Notes: generated by a model not told the origin, from the letters alone. A DNA stretch of 64,000 nucleotides from an uncultured bacterium (GCA_963710755.1 CAVQBK010000013.1:352001-416000); one strand, 5' to 3'; positions 47,940 to 58,192 are shown, numbered from the stretch's first letter. Numbers and translations are program-made.

Positions 47940-48929
47940 TTATTCCGGTTTAAACTGGTGGTGATGTTGTTTCTCCATGTCATCCACCTTTTTCCAGGTA
48001 ATCATGCCCAACTGGGCGGCAGCTTGCAAAATCAGGGTGGCATCTTGGGCATGAATGTGGATTTTAAAAACGCCTTCCTCCCCTTGGGCCACCATCAGTT
48101 CTTCGCCCAGTGGCGCCAAATGGGATTTAATCTCGCGCAAGCCCCGGCCTGGTGCATGCAGTACCAATTCCGTGCAGTATTTAAAAGAGCTGAGGTGAAA
48201 GGCCTGGCGCGTTTGTTTGGCAGGACGTGGTTCCGGTGCCTCTGCGGCAGGTGGTTTTTCCAAGGATTGACCTTGACTGAAACGCACCATACCTTCCAGG
48301 AATACGGCCAGTCCCATCCCCCCGGCATCCACCACTTCATGCAGTTTCAAGAGTCGCATTTGCTCAGGCGTCCGTTTCAGTGCCTGTTGCGCGCCTTCCC
48401 AGGCCGCCTGCAGCACCTCTTGGTGTCCCCGTTTTTTTTGAGCTGCGGTCAACGCTGCCAAGGCGGCAGCTTCACCAACACTTAAAATCGTGCCCTCTTG
48501 CGGATCTTCCACCCGTTCCCGGGCCCGCAATGTTCCGACCTGAAACGCCCGCGCCAAATCCAAAGGACTTAAAAAGGAGCGGTCGCCCACGCCTTCAGCA
48601 AAGCCTCTGAAAAAACCAGAGAGAATCATACCGGAACAGCCTCGCCCACCCATTAAGGCGCCCCGGGCCGCAGCCCAGGCGATATCAGAAGCTTGGTTGC
48701 TATTGATACTTTCCAATTCATGAACCGCAGCTTTCAGGGTATGGATCATATTTTTTCCTGTATCCCCATCGGGTACTGGAAAAACATTCATGCTGTCAAT
48801 AGTGGCTTTAAAGTGCGAGAACCAGGTCATACCTGCCAGCAGGGCTTGTTTGACCCGCCGCCCAGTCAGTCTCAGCTGAGGGGTCGGCGGGTGCCCAGGC
48901 TTGCTTGGCTTGTGTTGCGATATGGTCAT
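47940..48929 (-). CDS. DAK2-domain fatty acid kinase FakA-like protein (short form)
   Basis: NVFPVPDGDTG.NM, GRGCSG, P.EGTIL, VVDAGG, YCTE and KIHIH. The ATG at 48929 is preferred over the ORF-track start at 49115. Confidence 0.88.
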   Translation of the reverse strand: MTISQHKPSKPGHPPTPQLRLTGRRVKQALLAGMTWFSHFKATIDSMNVFPVPDGDTGKNMIHTLKAAVHELESINSNQASDIAWAAARGALMGGRGCSGMILSGFFRGFAEGVGDRSFLSPLDLARAFQVGTLRARERVEDPQEGTILSVGEAAALAALTAAQKKRGHQEVLQAAWEGAQQALKRTPEQMRLLKLHEVVDAGGMGLAVFLEGMVRFSQGQSLEKPPAAEAPEPRPAKQTRQAFHLSSFKYCTELVLHAPGRGLREIKSHLAPLGEELMVAQGEEGVFKIHIHAQDATLILQAAAQLGMITWKKVDDMEKQHHHQFKPE

Positions 48930-49202
48930 TGCTTTTTGTTTTCTCCCCTTGTCATGGCACACCGCTACCGGCATGGCCCAACCACCGGCAGATCCTGCCC
49001 TTGCCGGAGCTGGAGACGAGTGCACAGGTATTGCCACAGCCTGCCAAGCCGTACTGTCCTGGATTGTACAATTCACAACGCTTGTTATTACTATGCTCTC
49101 GCTTCCTCCCCGCATTAAAATGCAGAGATGAAGCGAGGTTAAATAAAATAATAGTCTTGCTTTTGCATAAAATACTCCGCAATTCCTGGCGGTAAATTTT
49201 AT

Positions 49203-49361
49203 TTATTGCTTTTCAAAACTATCTTTGGTGGCCCCGCATTCTGGGCAGACATAGTCGGCGGGTAAACTTTCAAAGGAAGTACCCGGCTCGATTCCGTTAT
49301 CCGGTTCCCCGGCTTCCGGATCATATACATACCCACATACAGTGCAAACATATTTGTCCAT
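49203..49361 (-). CDS. Rubredoxin (52 aa)
   Basis: Missed by the ORF track. Translates to [52 protein letters not shown], with two CxxC motifs and an AAGGAG site. Confidence 0.97.
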   Translation of the reverse strand: MDKYVCTVCGYVYDPEAGEPDNGIEPGTSFESLPADYVCPECGATKDSFEKQ

Positions 49362-49459
49362 AGTGATTTTTTCTCCTTTTCTTAATTTTAAAAAGCTTCA
49401 GCCTCTGAGACTGTGCTAGCCCATAATTAATCTTTGCCAGTTCGCCTTACGCTGACCGC

Positions 49460-50284
49460 TTATTTCCCCTTCAAGTTAATCAGCGGCACGCTGTCACCGC
49501 CGCCCAGCATGGTCTGCGGTAATTTGCCGTCCCATTTTTTAATCCATTCCACCGCCACAATGTCCTTGGTCAGTTGCAGACGGATCAACCGTTGCTTTTC
49601 GGCTTCAGCCTGCGCTTCCAAAATCACTTGTTGTTTGTGTTGCTCAGCCTGGCGTTTTTTATATTCGGCCGTCTTGATTTTTTGTTCTTCGATCTGCTTT
49701 TGCTCTACCACCCGGTTGAACTCTGGAGAGAAGGTAATATCCGTTAAATTGACATCCTCCACGTCAATGCCGTAAGGCTTTAGTTTTTCCGCCAGGCTGT
49801 CGGTGATGATTTTTTTCAGTTTGGGCCGTTCTACAATAATGCTTTCTACCGGGAACAGTGCTGTGCCTGCCTTTACGGCTTCCTGGATGGCCGGGTCGAT
49901 GATCTTGCGTTCATAATCCACGCCCACTTGCTGATACAACCGGGATACTTGCTTGCCGTCCAGGTGATAGTTTACCACGGTCCTGAGGTTCACTTCCTGC
50001 AGATCTTTGGAAGCACCTTGGCTTACACGTTCCAATTTTTTGGTTTTAATGTCAAATTTAACCACGTTTTCAATGGCAGGCAGCTTAAAATTCATACCTT
50101 CCATCAAGACCTGATGACGTACCCCGCTGATGCGGGAAAAAATCACACCCCGTTCGCCCGCTCCAATGATAACAATAGGATTGAGAACAAAAAAGAGGAT
50201 AATAATAAGCCCCGCCACGACCAAGCCGCCCAGTCCCTTCAAAGAGTCTTTGTTAAAAGATTTCTTCAATTCGTATTCTTCCAT
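49460..50284 (-). CDS. SPFH/prohibitin-family membrane protein
   Basis: One TM helix, GERGV, SKDLQ, FSPEF...EQKQI coiled coil, KWDGKLP. Confidence 0.92.
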   Translation of the reverse strand: MEEYELKKSFNKDSLKGLGGLVVAGLIIILFFVLNPIVIIGAGERGVIFSRISGVRHQVLMEGMNFKLPAIENVVKFDIKTKKLERVSQGASKDLQEVNLRTVVNYHLDGKQVSRLYQQVGVDYERKIIDPAIQEAVKAGTALFPVESIIVERPKLKKIITDSLAEKLKPYGIDVEDVNLTDITFSPEFNRVVEQKQIEEQKIKTAEYKKRQAEQHKQQVILEAQAEAEKQRLIRLQLTKDIVAVEWIKKWDGKLPQTMLGGGDSVPLINLKGK

Positions 50285-50316
50285 ACCGCCTCCAATTCAG
50301 GTTCTATTGAATGGTC

Positions 50317-50344
50317 ATCTTACCATATCAGGCCGTTTAGTCAA
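50317..50344 (-). promoter_or_regulatory. Putative sigma70 promoter for the SPFH gene (TTGACT-16 nt-TAAGAT, extended -10)
   Basis: TGgTAAGAT plus TTGACT, about 30 nt upstream of the ATG. Confidence 0.6.
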
Positions 50345-50546
50345 TTTGTTCGGGGGCTTTTTTTATTTGTTTTTTAAGGACTGTTGAAATCAAGCAGCAT
50401 ATGAATTCATTGAGGAGACGGTAAATGCCCTATCCCAGACATAGCCTAGCGCGTGGGCGATCATTTCACTTCTATCTTGGTGCCACCTCTCCGCTTTAGC
50501 ACTGGCTATTTGCATACCCGAAAATATTTTGTGAACTACTGGAAAC

Positions 50547-50586
50547 AAAAAAGCCGGGCTTTCCATCAAATCGGAAAGCCCGGCTT
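50547..50586 (-). terminator. Intrinsic terminator downstream of the CBM6 lipoprotein gene
   Basis: 14-bp stem AAGCCGGGCTTTCC/GGAAAGCCCGGCTT with a U-run on the minus strand. Confidence 0.8.
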
Positions 50587-50701
50587 GGCTTCTTGCCCGC
50601 CCCACTATTGAATTGCATGTTTCAGTCCATGTTTACATTTCTTAAAATGCGGCCTAAGCGGCAACCCGAAACGTGGCAAGCCAGAAAAACCGGCTGCCGT
50701 C

Positions 50702-52132
50702 TTAAGGGGTCTTGACAAAACGGATGTCATCTATATAAACCGTGCTGTGAACCGGCATAAGCCTGTCAAACCAGGGTGCCGGATAAGAATCAAGGCCGGC
50801 ACGAAACAACACTTTAAATTCTTTCACTGAACTTTTATCTTGGGGCAGCGGCAGGTAGTACTCCGTCCAGACATGGGGCATACTCCCGTACCATTTGGCC
50901 ACAGGCACCGCAGTGTAATCCCAATGCCCATAGCGATAGAAGTAGCCATGATCACCGTGGCTATCCCGTATTTCAAACTCAATCCAGGGTAGATCGCCCG
51001 CGGAATAGGCTCTGAATTTGATGCCCTGATAAGCGCTGGCATCAAAGTCTTGCCCGCCATTAACCTGAACCCAGACCCCACACCATCCATCCCTCCCGTA
51101 AGCCTGAAAGCTTGTCACCAACCCCCGGTTATACCTGGAAAAAGTAATGGAAGAAGATCCGCCGTTCATCACGCCCGCCGCGGCCTTGGAATTAAAAATA
51201 TCATAGCTGTCGGGAACGGAAAATTGAAACCAATTGATATTAAAAAGTCCGCCGCCGCCACCCCTAAAAATCAAGTAGACGGGATGGAGCCCCTGCATGT
51301 TAACCACACTCGTTTCCATGGTAGCCCAGTTTTGCCAGCCACCGGTGGACGAAACCGTCAAGGTTCCGATTACCGGCCCGCTCTGGCTGTCCAGATGGAT
51401 TTCAATAGTCCCTCCTCCGCCATCGCTGGCCACACGTGCCTGAAACGCCAGCACACCGCTGCCAAAATCAACCTGGTCAAAAACAAGGTAGTTCCCATTG
51501 TTGATCCAGCCAATGTCCTGGCCACCTTCACGGCATACTTCGGTTTCCGTGCCGGATTTAAAGCTGAAGCCTTCGGCTTCAATACGGGAAAACGCGCTGA
51601 TAACGGTGGGAGAAAGGGAGTAAAACTTAAACCAATTGATATTGAACAACCCGCCCGTGCCGCCTTTGAAAACCAGATAAACATGTTGAAACCCATAGGT
51701 TTTTTGAATGTTGGTCTCCACTGTGGTCCAAAGCTGCCAGCCTCCGGTGTTGACAATAGCCACGGAACCGATGAGGGTTCCGCTGGTTGGGTTGCCCAGC
51801 CGAATTTCGATCGTGCCGCCGGCCGTGTCGCTGGCCACGCGCGCGCGAAAAACATCGGCCCCGTTCCCAAAGTTGATCTCGTACCCGAGCCAATCGCCGT
51901 TATCTATCCAACCAACGTCCTGTCCGCCTTCAGCGCAGGCTTCGGTTTGCGTACCCGAGTTATGACCAAAATTCTCGGCCTCAATAACCGCATTCACCGA
52001 GCTCGATTGGACACTCCTGATTGAAGAATTATGAGATTGATAGCCTGGTCTGGGAGCGGTCGGATTTTGGCCGCATGAGACCAGCAACATGGCACCTAGA
52101 GCAATGACGAGTATTTTGCTTTTTAAGATCAC
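50702..52132 (-). CDS. Lipoprotein with two CBM6 modules and a C-terminal CBM11/CIA30-like beta-sandwich
   Basis: Lipobox LVSC; two copies of IEAE..GG.D.GWI..G..L.F...FG.G...F.ARVAS..GGTIEI..TGGWQ.W..H.VYL.F.GG.GGLFNINWF.F; ends TVYIDDIRF. Confidence 0.85.
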   Translation of the reverse strand: MILKSKILVIALGAMLLVSCGQNPTAPRPGYQSHNSSIRSVQSSSVNAVIEAENFGHNSGTQTEACAEGGQDVGWIDNGDWLGYEINFGNGADVFRARVASDTAGGTIEIRLGNPTSGTLIGSVAIVNTGGWQLWTTVETNIQKTYGFQHVYLVFKGGTGGLFNINWFKFYSLSPTVISAFSRIEAEGFSFKSGTETEVCREGGQDIGWINNGNYLVFDQVDFGSGVLAFQARVASDGGGGTIEIHLDSQSGPVIGTLTVSSTGGWQNWATMETSVVNMQGLHPVYLIFRGGGGGLFNINWFQFSVPDSYDIFNSKAAAGVMNGGSSSITFSRYNRGLVTSFQAYGRDGWCGVWVQVNGGQDFDASAYQGIKFRAYSAGDLPWIEFEIRDSHGDHGYFYRYGHWDYTAVPVAKWYGSMPHVWTEYYLPLPQDKSSVKEFKVLFRAGLDSYPAPWFDRLMPVHSTVYIDDIRFVKTP

Positions 52133-52374
52133 AAGTTTCTCCTTTGGCCCTTTGGGGCTACGGTGGCTGTGGGTTGCGCCAATTGATTTTACCTCTCGCC
52201 TTTTTCACCAGCGAAACACCCTTGACGTCCTAACAATTAGACTGGTTAGACTGATTCGAATTTACATGGTGAAGACATTTTAATTCACCCGGCAGCAAGG
52301 TTTCATTTTTAAGTTTTTCTTAAAATGGGACTCTGCACTTATCTCGCCTATATTGGAATGCCGTCGCCGGACTT

Positions 52375-55101
52375 TCACTTCCCGCTATCCCCGGGCAAGG
52401 CCGGGCCGGCCACAGAAATCAGCCACTCCTGAGGATGAAGATAGCGTTGCGCAGCCTGCACCATATCCTTATAAGTCACAGCTTCAACGCTCTTGGGATA
52501 GGTGGTGAGGTAATCCCAGCCCAAATGATAATAGGCAATCTCGCGGTTGAGAAAAGCCAAGCCGTTGTTGGTTTCCAGGTGGATCACAAGCTGACCGGCC
52601 AGTTGGCTTTGGCTGTCTTGCAATTGCTGTTTGGATAATTTCGCCTCCTGCAGCTGCTTCACTTCTTCCTTGGTTAGGGCAATGGCCTGATCCACGCTTT
52701 TGGGGTCGGATTGGAACACCACCACCCAGGGCCGCTGGCCTTTGGATATTTTTAAGTAGGAATAGATGCCATAGCTAAGACCATGCTGATCACGCACGAC
52801 CCGCATAAGCTGGCTGGACAAGCCTGCCCCGCCCAGCACCTGGTTGGCCACCAAAAGGTTATAATAGTCCGGATCAAGCCGGCTGAGGCCTTCCTGCCCC
52901 AGTACGGCCATGCTTTCATGCTTGCCCTCCATGATTGTCAAATGACGTTCGGTTTTAGTCACTTTGGCCATATTAATCTCAGCCGTGGGCTGCGCCGAAC
53001 CCCGCTTCCAAGTTGAAAACAACTTTCTGGTCAAAGTCTTAACCACTTCCGGATCAAAGGCCCCGCTGATAGAAATAATGGTCCGTTCCGGTGTGATCAT
53101 ACGCCGGTGATAGGCCAGGAGGTCGTTTCGCGTAATCCCGGGAAGACCGGCGGCCGCGGTCAGGATGGAGCGCCGCATGGGATGACCCGCTGGATAAGCC
53201 AGATCATAAAACCCCTGCCATGCCTGCAGATTGGCGTTGTCCTCGGCCAACCGGCATTGGGCCAATAACTTTTCCCGAGCTTTGCTTAGTTCCTGCTTGG
53301 GAAAGACGGGAGCCATCAGACAATCAGCCAACGAGGTCATGAGCAACTTCAAATCGTCCGACAAGGCTTCGCCGTCAATATTCAAATATTCCAGTTGCGC
53401 CTGAAAGGTAAGGTCTGCGCCTTTGAATTCCAGCGCCTCGGCTAATTGATCGGCGCTCTGGCGGCTGGTACCCTTGGTAAGCATACGGCTGTGCAACAGG
53501 GCCAGCCCAGGTTTGTCGGCCGGCTCGTTGATCATGCCGGCATCCACCAGGCCCGAGATGACCAGCATGGGATTGCTGGGATTAACCTGCATGATGATGG
53601 TCAGGCCATTGGGCAGCACTAACTGTTTGCGCAGCGCGGTTTCGATAAACGCCGGATGACTTTGGGGTTGGCCACCCTGGCTCGCTCCGGGTATCCCTGT
53701 ATCGCGAAGGCTGTTTTGAAGAGGGCGCTGATAATGTTCCACCACACCGGCGTCGGGCAACACCGTACCTGCCCCGGCCGTAGGGGTGAGGGGAATAAAC
53801 TTGCCCATGGTCATAGTCGCCTGGGTCAGATAGGTTTGGGCTGCAGATTGAATTTGGGCCCGGGTCACTGCGGCCACTTTTTCGGGATAGGTATCAGCCC
53901 GCTCATAGTCACCAGCCACGGTTTCATAAAAGCCCAGCATCATGGCCTGGTCGGTCAGGCTGTCTTTGGCATACACGAATTGGGCCTTGGTCTTGTTGAC
54001 CACCCGCTGAAATTCTTCTTTTGTCAGCAGGCTTGTTTTGATTTTTTCAAATTCACTGAACAAGACTTTCTCAATGGCCTCCAGTGATGTTGGCGGCGTG
54101 GCCACCACGGAAAAAGACCAAACACCTTTGTCCACCATCTCCAGAGGATTGGCGGATACATTGCTGGCCATGCCTGTCTCCACCAAGGCCTTGTACAGCC
54201 GCGAGGTATGACCTGTGACCAGCGCCTCGTTGAGCAAGGTCAGGGCATAATGGGCATCACTGGTGGCAGGAGGAATTTTAAAATTAAAGCGCAACATCTT
54301 GGCCGGGCCGTTGTCATGCATCTCCAGCCGGACGTTCTGTGCATCCAGTTCTTCGAGAAACGTCATGGCCGGCGGTTGAGGTCCCCGGGGAATGGGCCCG
54401 AAATATTGTTTGATTTGTTTGAGCACGCTGTTCTTGGTCACATCCCCCACAATAACCAAGGTGGCGTTGTTGGGTTGATAAAAGTGATCATAAAAAGCTT
54501 TTAATTGGGCGGCGGTCAACTTGGCCACTTCATTTTTCCAACCGATTACCGGCCGCCGGTAAGGGTGGTTTTCCCAGGTATGGGCATTGACCAATTCGCG
54601 CAGCCGCACCTGAGGATGGTTGCGATTGCCGTCCAACTCGGAAAGAATAACGGTTTTTTCCGAGGCCACTTCTTTAACCTCAAGCAAGGCATGTCGCATG
54701 CGGTCTGATTCAATGTCCAGTGCCAAATTCAGCGCTGATTTGGGAACGGTTTCATAATAAGCGGTGTAGTCATAACTGGTGAAGGCGTTTTGCTGGCCAC
54801 CGGTACGGCCCACCAGACGGGCGATCTCGCCTTTGCCGAATTTCTTGCTACCCTTGAACATCATGTGCTCCAGAAAGTGAGCCAGTCCCGACTGTCCGGC
54901 CGGTTCATTACGGGCGCCAACTTTGTACCACACAAAAACCGAGACCACCGGTGCGGTGGGTACCGGTTTGATGATTACTTTCAATCCGTTTTTCAGGGTC
55001 AATGATTCAATAGTATTTTGCATGGCCGCCTCGCTTTTAGTTGAACTTATGATCAGGGCCAGCACAAAGGCCATGATCAAGGTTATGATTTTTTTCATCA
55101 A
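52375..55101 (-). CDS. Exported M16 (pitrilysin-family) zinc peptidase, four-domain single chain
   Basis: Signal peptide, inverted zincin HFLEH, NAFTSYDYT.Y; the second half lacks the HxxEH motif and has R...GLSY. Confidence 0.93.
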   Translation of the reverse strand: MMKKIITLIMAFVLALIISSTKSEAAMQNTIESLTLKNGLKVIIKPVPTAPVVSVFVWYKVGARNEPAGQSGLAHFLEHMMFKGSKKFGKGEIARLVGRTGGQQNAFTSYDYTAYYETVPKSALNLALDIESDRMRHALLEVKEVASEKTVILSELDGNRNHPQVRLRELVNAHTWENHPYRRPVIGWKNEVAKLTAAQLKAFYDHFYQPNNATLVIVGDVTKNSVLKQIKQYFGPIPRGPQPPAMTFLEELDAQNVRLEMHDNGPAKMLRFNFKIPPATSDAHYALTLLNEALVTGHTSRLYKALVETGMASNVSANPLEMVDKGVWSFSVVATPPTSLEAIEKVLFSEFEKIKTSLLTKEEFQRVVNKTKAQFVYAKDSLTDQAMMLGFYETVAGDYERADTYPEKVAAVTRAQIQSAAQTYLTQATMTMGKFIPLTPTAGAGTVLPDAGVVEHYQRPLQNSLRDTGIPGASQGGQPQSHPAFIETALRKQLVLPNGLTIIMQVNPSNPMLVISGLVDAGMINEPADKPGLALLHSRMLTKGTSRQSADQLAEALEFKGADLTFQAQLEYLNIDGEALSDDLKLLMTSLADCLMAPVFPKQELSKAREKLLAQCRLAEDNANLQAWQGFYDLAYPAGHPMRRSILTAAAGLPGITRNDLLAYHRRMITPERTIISISGAFDPEVVKTLTRKLFSTWKRGSAQPTAEINMAKVTKTERHLTIMEGKHESMAVLGQEGLSRLDPDYYNLLVANQVLGGAGLSSQLMRVVRDQHGLSYGIYSYLKISKGQRPWVVVFQSDPKSVDQAIALTKEEVKQLQEAKLSKQQLQDSQSQLAGQLVIHLETNNGLAFLNREIAYYHLGWDYLTTYPKSVEAVTYKDMVQAAQRYLHPQEWLISVAGPALPGDSGK

Positions 55102-55233
55102 TTTTCTCCTAATTGTAGTGATATCTCAGCTTTCCAGGAAAGAACAGAAACAGCCTCGTTGTCCCTATTTAGCTTCTTTATCCCCGGTATCTACGTTTTT
55201 CGGGTAGATACGGGGCTTTCCCTCCAACCCTGG

Positions 55234-55265
55234 TTGCAGAGAACGGTCGCGACTGTTCCCTGCAA
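55234..55265. repeat. Degenerate copy of the 39060 REP palindrome
   Basis: TTGCAGAGAACGGTCGCGACTGTTCCCTGCAA, four differences from the 39060 copy. Confidence 0.8.
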
Positions 55266-55359
55266 ACGAAAAGAAGGATACAAAAAGCCGCAGAGCTACG
55301 CGGCCATGCTTTATTTCCGGCTTTGCATAAGCCATAGCCTTTATTTCAGGCTCTCCGGC

Positions 55360-56682
55360 TCAGGAAATGAGGTTAAGCTGAGGCGCTGAAAGCGTTCTCT
55401 TTTGAGCGCCGTTTTTTTCCTGGTCGGTAAATAAGCCTATCTTCCCGTAAACCCCATCATACCCGGGTTGAGCTTGCACCTGGCCCTGGCGCACCCGCTG
55501 CACGGCCTCGCGAATGCGGCTGCTGCTCAAAGCTTCAATGTCATTTAAAGGCGTGCGAATCAGCAATTCCAATTCACCGAGGTCATGGTCCAGCATGCGG
55601 TCCAATTGCAATTGGACTGCTTTGGACGCCGGCCGTTTGCCCATGGCTTCTGCGATTACTTCATCCAAAGGCACAAGATGCACACTGGGTAATGCAGCCT
55701 TAGGCCGATAACCTTCCGGACGATCGGCCAGCATTTCCAGGCGTGAGGCCACACCATTGGTCAGCGGGCGGTGGCAAACGGGACAGAGTCCTTCCAATTT
55801 CAAAAAATCAGCCGGTGAAACGGGCATCTTGCAGTTACTATGGCCGGGCCAATGGTACTTGCCTTCCTCCGGAAAAAATTCCACGGTGAACCGAAGCGTT
55901 GACTTGGCTTTTTCCCGCAAACTCATGCGCAATTTTTCCCAGGTCAAGGGATGGCTGAAAGCATTGCATTCCCTGCCCACCTTGGCCGGCGAATGAGCAT
56001 CGGAATTGGAGATAATGGTATAAGGATCAAGCTGGGATAAACGCCAATTCATTTCCGGATCTGACGACAACCCGGTTTCAATGGCGCTGATCATGTCCAG
56101 CTCCTCTTCAAAACATTCCTCCAAACTGTCAAAGCCCGATTTTTCGCCCAGCACGGAAAACCAAGGGGTCCAGATGTGGGCTGGAACCATAAGGGTGTGA
56201 TCATCAATATCGCGCACTAAGCGTACCAAGCCTTTTGCCGGCAAGCCCAGAATAGGACGACCGTCGGAAGCAATATTACCGCGCCGCGCCAGGGCGCGGT
56301 TGATTTCCTGGGCGCTTTCCAGAGAGCGTGCAATGGTGAGCATGTGTACCCGTCTGGTCTTGCCGCTTTGTTTATAAATATGTGAGGTCTCCACGGTAGG
56401 CACAAACAAGACACTGTCATCATAGCCGCGCACCTGGTAAAACCCGCTGGCATGAGGCTCCAGGTGGTCTTTTAATTCCTGAAAGTATTGGGGATGAGTA
56501 AAGTCACCGGTTCCCATGAGGCCTATGCCTTTGCGTTTGGCCCAATAATGCAGCGAGACGACGTCCATTTGCGGTGAGGTGGCCCGGGAATATTTGGAGT
56601 GAATGTGAAGATCCGCGAAGACCAGTTTTTCCCGGCCCAGCGCCAAGTCTTTAACGCAACCATAACGGTTCATTATTGTCAT
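55360..56682 (-). CDS. Endonuclease Q family protein (PHP domain plus Zn site)
   Basis: ADLHIHSKYSRATS, GTGDFTHP, PAHIWTPWFS, ETGLSSDP, SNSDAHS, EEGKYH, CPVC and PGYDGVYG. Confidence 0.9.
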   Translation of the reverse strand: MTIMNRYGCVKDLALGREKLVFADLHIHSKYSRATSPQMDVVSLHYWAKRKGIGLMGTGDFTHPQYFQELKDHLEPHASGFYQVRGYDDSVLFVPTVETSHIYKQSGKTRRVHMLTIARSLESAQEINRALARRGNIASDGRPILGLPAKGLVRLVRDIDDHTLMVPAHIWTPWFSVLGEKSGFDSLEECFEEELDMISAIETGLSSDPEMNWRLSQLDPYTIISNSDAHSPAKVGRECNAFSHPLTWEKLRMSLREKAKSTLRFTVEFFPEEGKYHWPGHSNCKMPVSPADFLKLEGLCPVCHRPLTNGVASRLEMLADRPEGYRPKAALPSVHLVPLDEVIAEAMGKRPASKAVQLQLDRMLDHDLGELELLIRTPLNDIEALSSSRIREAVQRVRQGQVQAQPGYDGVYGKIGLFTDQEKNGAQKRTLSAPQLNLIS

Positions 56683-56717
56683 AAGAGCAAACCAAAACTT
56701 TCCTCTTCACCAATAGC

Positions 56718-57152
56718 TTAATTGACTGACGATTGCTGAAGATAGGGTTGATAGATTTTTTTATACCACAGGATGATGGCCTTGGCGATGGCGAAAAAAC
56801 CGGCTGCCCCGTAGGCGATGACTACGATCAAGGTGGAAATTTGAGCTATTTTAAAACTCATTTCGTTGCTGATAAATTTAAAGAAATATTTCTTTAACAG
56901 GGGCATGAGCCACCACGACCATAGCAGGATCCAGGTCCAACCGCCCCACAGATACCCAAAGAAGCGTTTGAGCAAGGACGTGGGCGCATCGGGCAGCTTA
57001 CCTACGCCCAACAGGTAGTACATGCCTTTGGCGCTGCCTTTCAGCCAGTCCACAAACGCGGTCCGCCATACCAGCACGACCATCACGGCCAGATACAACC
57101 AGATCAATATGGAAATCCCGTAATAGAATCCATCCCAAAAGGACATGATCAA
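56718..57152 (-). CDS. Hypothetical membrane protein (about three TM helices)
   Basis: AAGGAG site upstream, hydrophobic aromatic-rich helices, co-directional within the operon. Confidence 0.65.
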   Translation of the reverse strand: MIMSFWDGFYYGISILIWLYLAVMVVLVWRTAFVDWLKGSAKGMYYLLGVGKLPDAPTSLLKRFFGYLWGGWTWILLWSWWLMPLLKKYFFKFISNEMSFKIAQISTLIVVIAYGAAGFFAIAKAIILWYKKIYQPYLQQSSVN

Positions 57153-57210
57153 ACTCCTTATTTAAAATCACCGCAACTGTTTTGTGAAGAGACGCCCACT
57201 ATGGACCACG

Positions 57211-58188
57211 CTATAGAATCCCGTAAAAATCCGCCTGACATTTCGGACAATGATTGCCCTTAACATGAATATTCAAAATCCGGTAGCCGTGCCGTTCAAT
57301 CAGCAACTGGCCGCATTGGGCACAAAAGGTATTACCCTCGTCCCCGGGAATATTGCCCAGGTAAACCCACTTCAAATATTTTTTCGCAACCTCATAAGCC
57401 TGATGCATGAAGTCCACGTCCGTGGCCGCTTGGTCGTAATGGTATTGGGGATAATAGCGGGTTAAATGCAGTGGAATCGACGGCGAACAGGAGGCCAGCC
57501 ACTGCGCCAATTCCCGTACCTCATCAAGGGAGTGACGGGGGTCGGTCACCATCAAATGGGTGACTTCCACATGGCTGCTTTGGCTGACCCGCTTAATAGT
57601 GGCCTTCACCGGCTCCACTTGGCCGTGGCAGACCTCACGGTAAAAGCTGTCCTCCATGGATTTAAGGTCAATGTTCCAGGCATCGATCAAGGGAATAAGG
57701 TCCTCCAACGGACCTGGATTTATGTAGCCATTGCTGACCATGACATTGATCAGGCCTTTGGCCTTTATTTTCCTGGCGCAATCCAGGATATATTCAATAT
57801 TAATGATTGGTTCATTGTAGGTATAAGCCACCCCGCAGCTGTCAATAGCCGCGGCCTTTTGCGCCACCTCTTCGGGCAGCACTTCCATGGTGTCCGGGAT
57901 GACCTGGGAGATGTCCCAGTTTTGGCAAAAATCGCATTTAAAATTACAGCCACCCGATCCCAACGACAAGATAGCCCGGCCAGGTTTGACATGATAAAGA
58001 GGTTTTTTCTCGATAGGATCAAGATGACAAGCCGTCACCCGGCCGTACATGCTGGCCAGCAGCCGACCCTGGCGGTTTAAGCGGGCCTGGCATACCCCGG
58101 CTTTGCCCTCCTGGATAAGGCAATTCCAAGGGCAAAGGTCGCATCTAAGGCCGTGCGCTTCGGCATGCCAATACCGGGCTTCCTGCAT
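57211..58188 (-). CDS. amrS: AmmeMemoRadiSam system radical SAM enzyme
   Basis: CDLCPWNC, DPIEKKPLYH, GCNFKCDFCQNWDISQ, AYTYNEP, VYLGN and C-terminal CxxC pairs. Confidence 0.9.
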   Translation of the reverse strand: MQEARYWHAEAHGLRCDLCPWNCLIQEGKAGVCQARLNRQGRLLASMYGRVTACHLDPIEKKPLYHVKPGRAILSLGSGGCNFKCDFCQNWDISQVIPDTMEVLPEEVAQKAAAIDSCGVAYTYNEPIINIEYILDCARKIKAKGLINVMVSNGYINPGPLEDLIPLIDAWNIDLKSMEDSFYREVCHGQVEPVKATIKRVSQSSHVEVTHLMVTDPRHSLDEVRELAQWLASCSPSIPLHLTRYYPQYHYDQAATDVDFMHQAYEVAKKYLKWVYLGNIPGDEGNTFCAQCGQLLIERHGYRILNIHVKGNHCPKCQADFYGIL

Positions 58189-58192
58189 GGGC

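Noticed and set aside
48952-49182. Cys-containing 76-aa ORF, or N-terminal extension of FakA to 49115
   Set aside because: No convincing start with a ribosome-binding site, no family motif and no adjacent modifying enzyme; more likely intergenic.
50390-50605. 71-aa minus-strand ORF
   Set aside because: It runs through a strong terminator hairpin and shows no motif.
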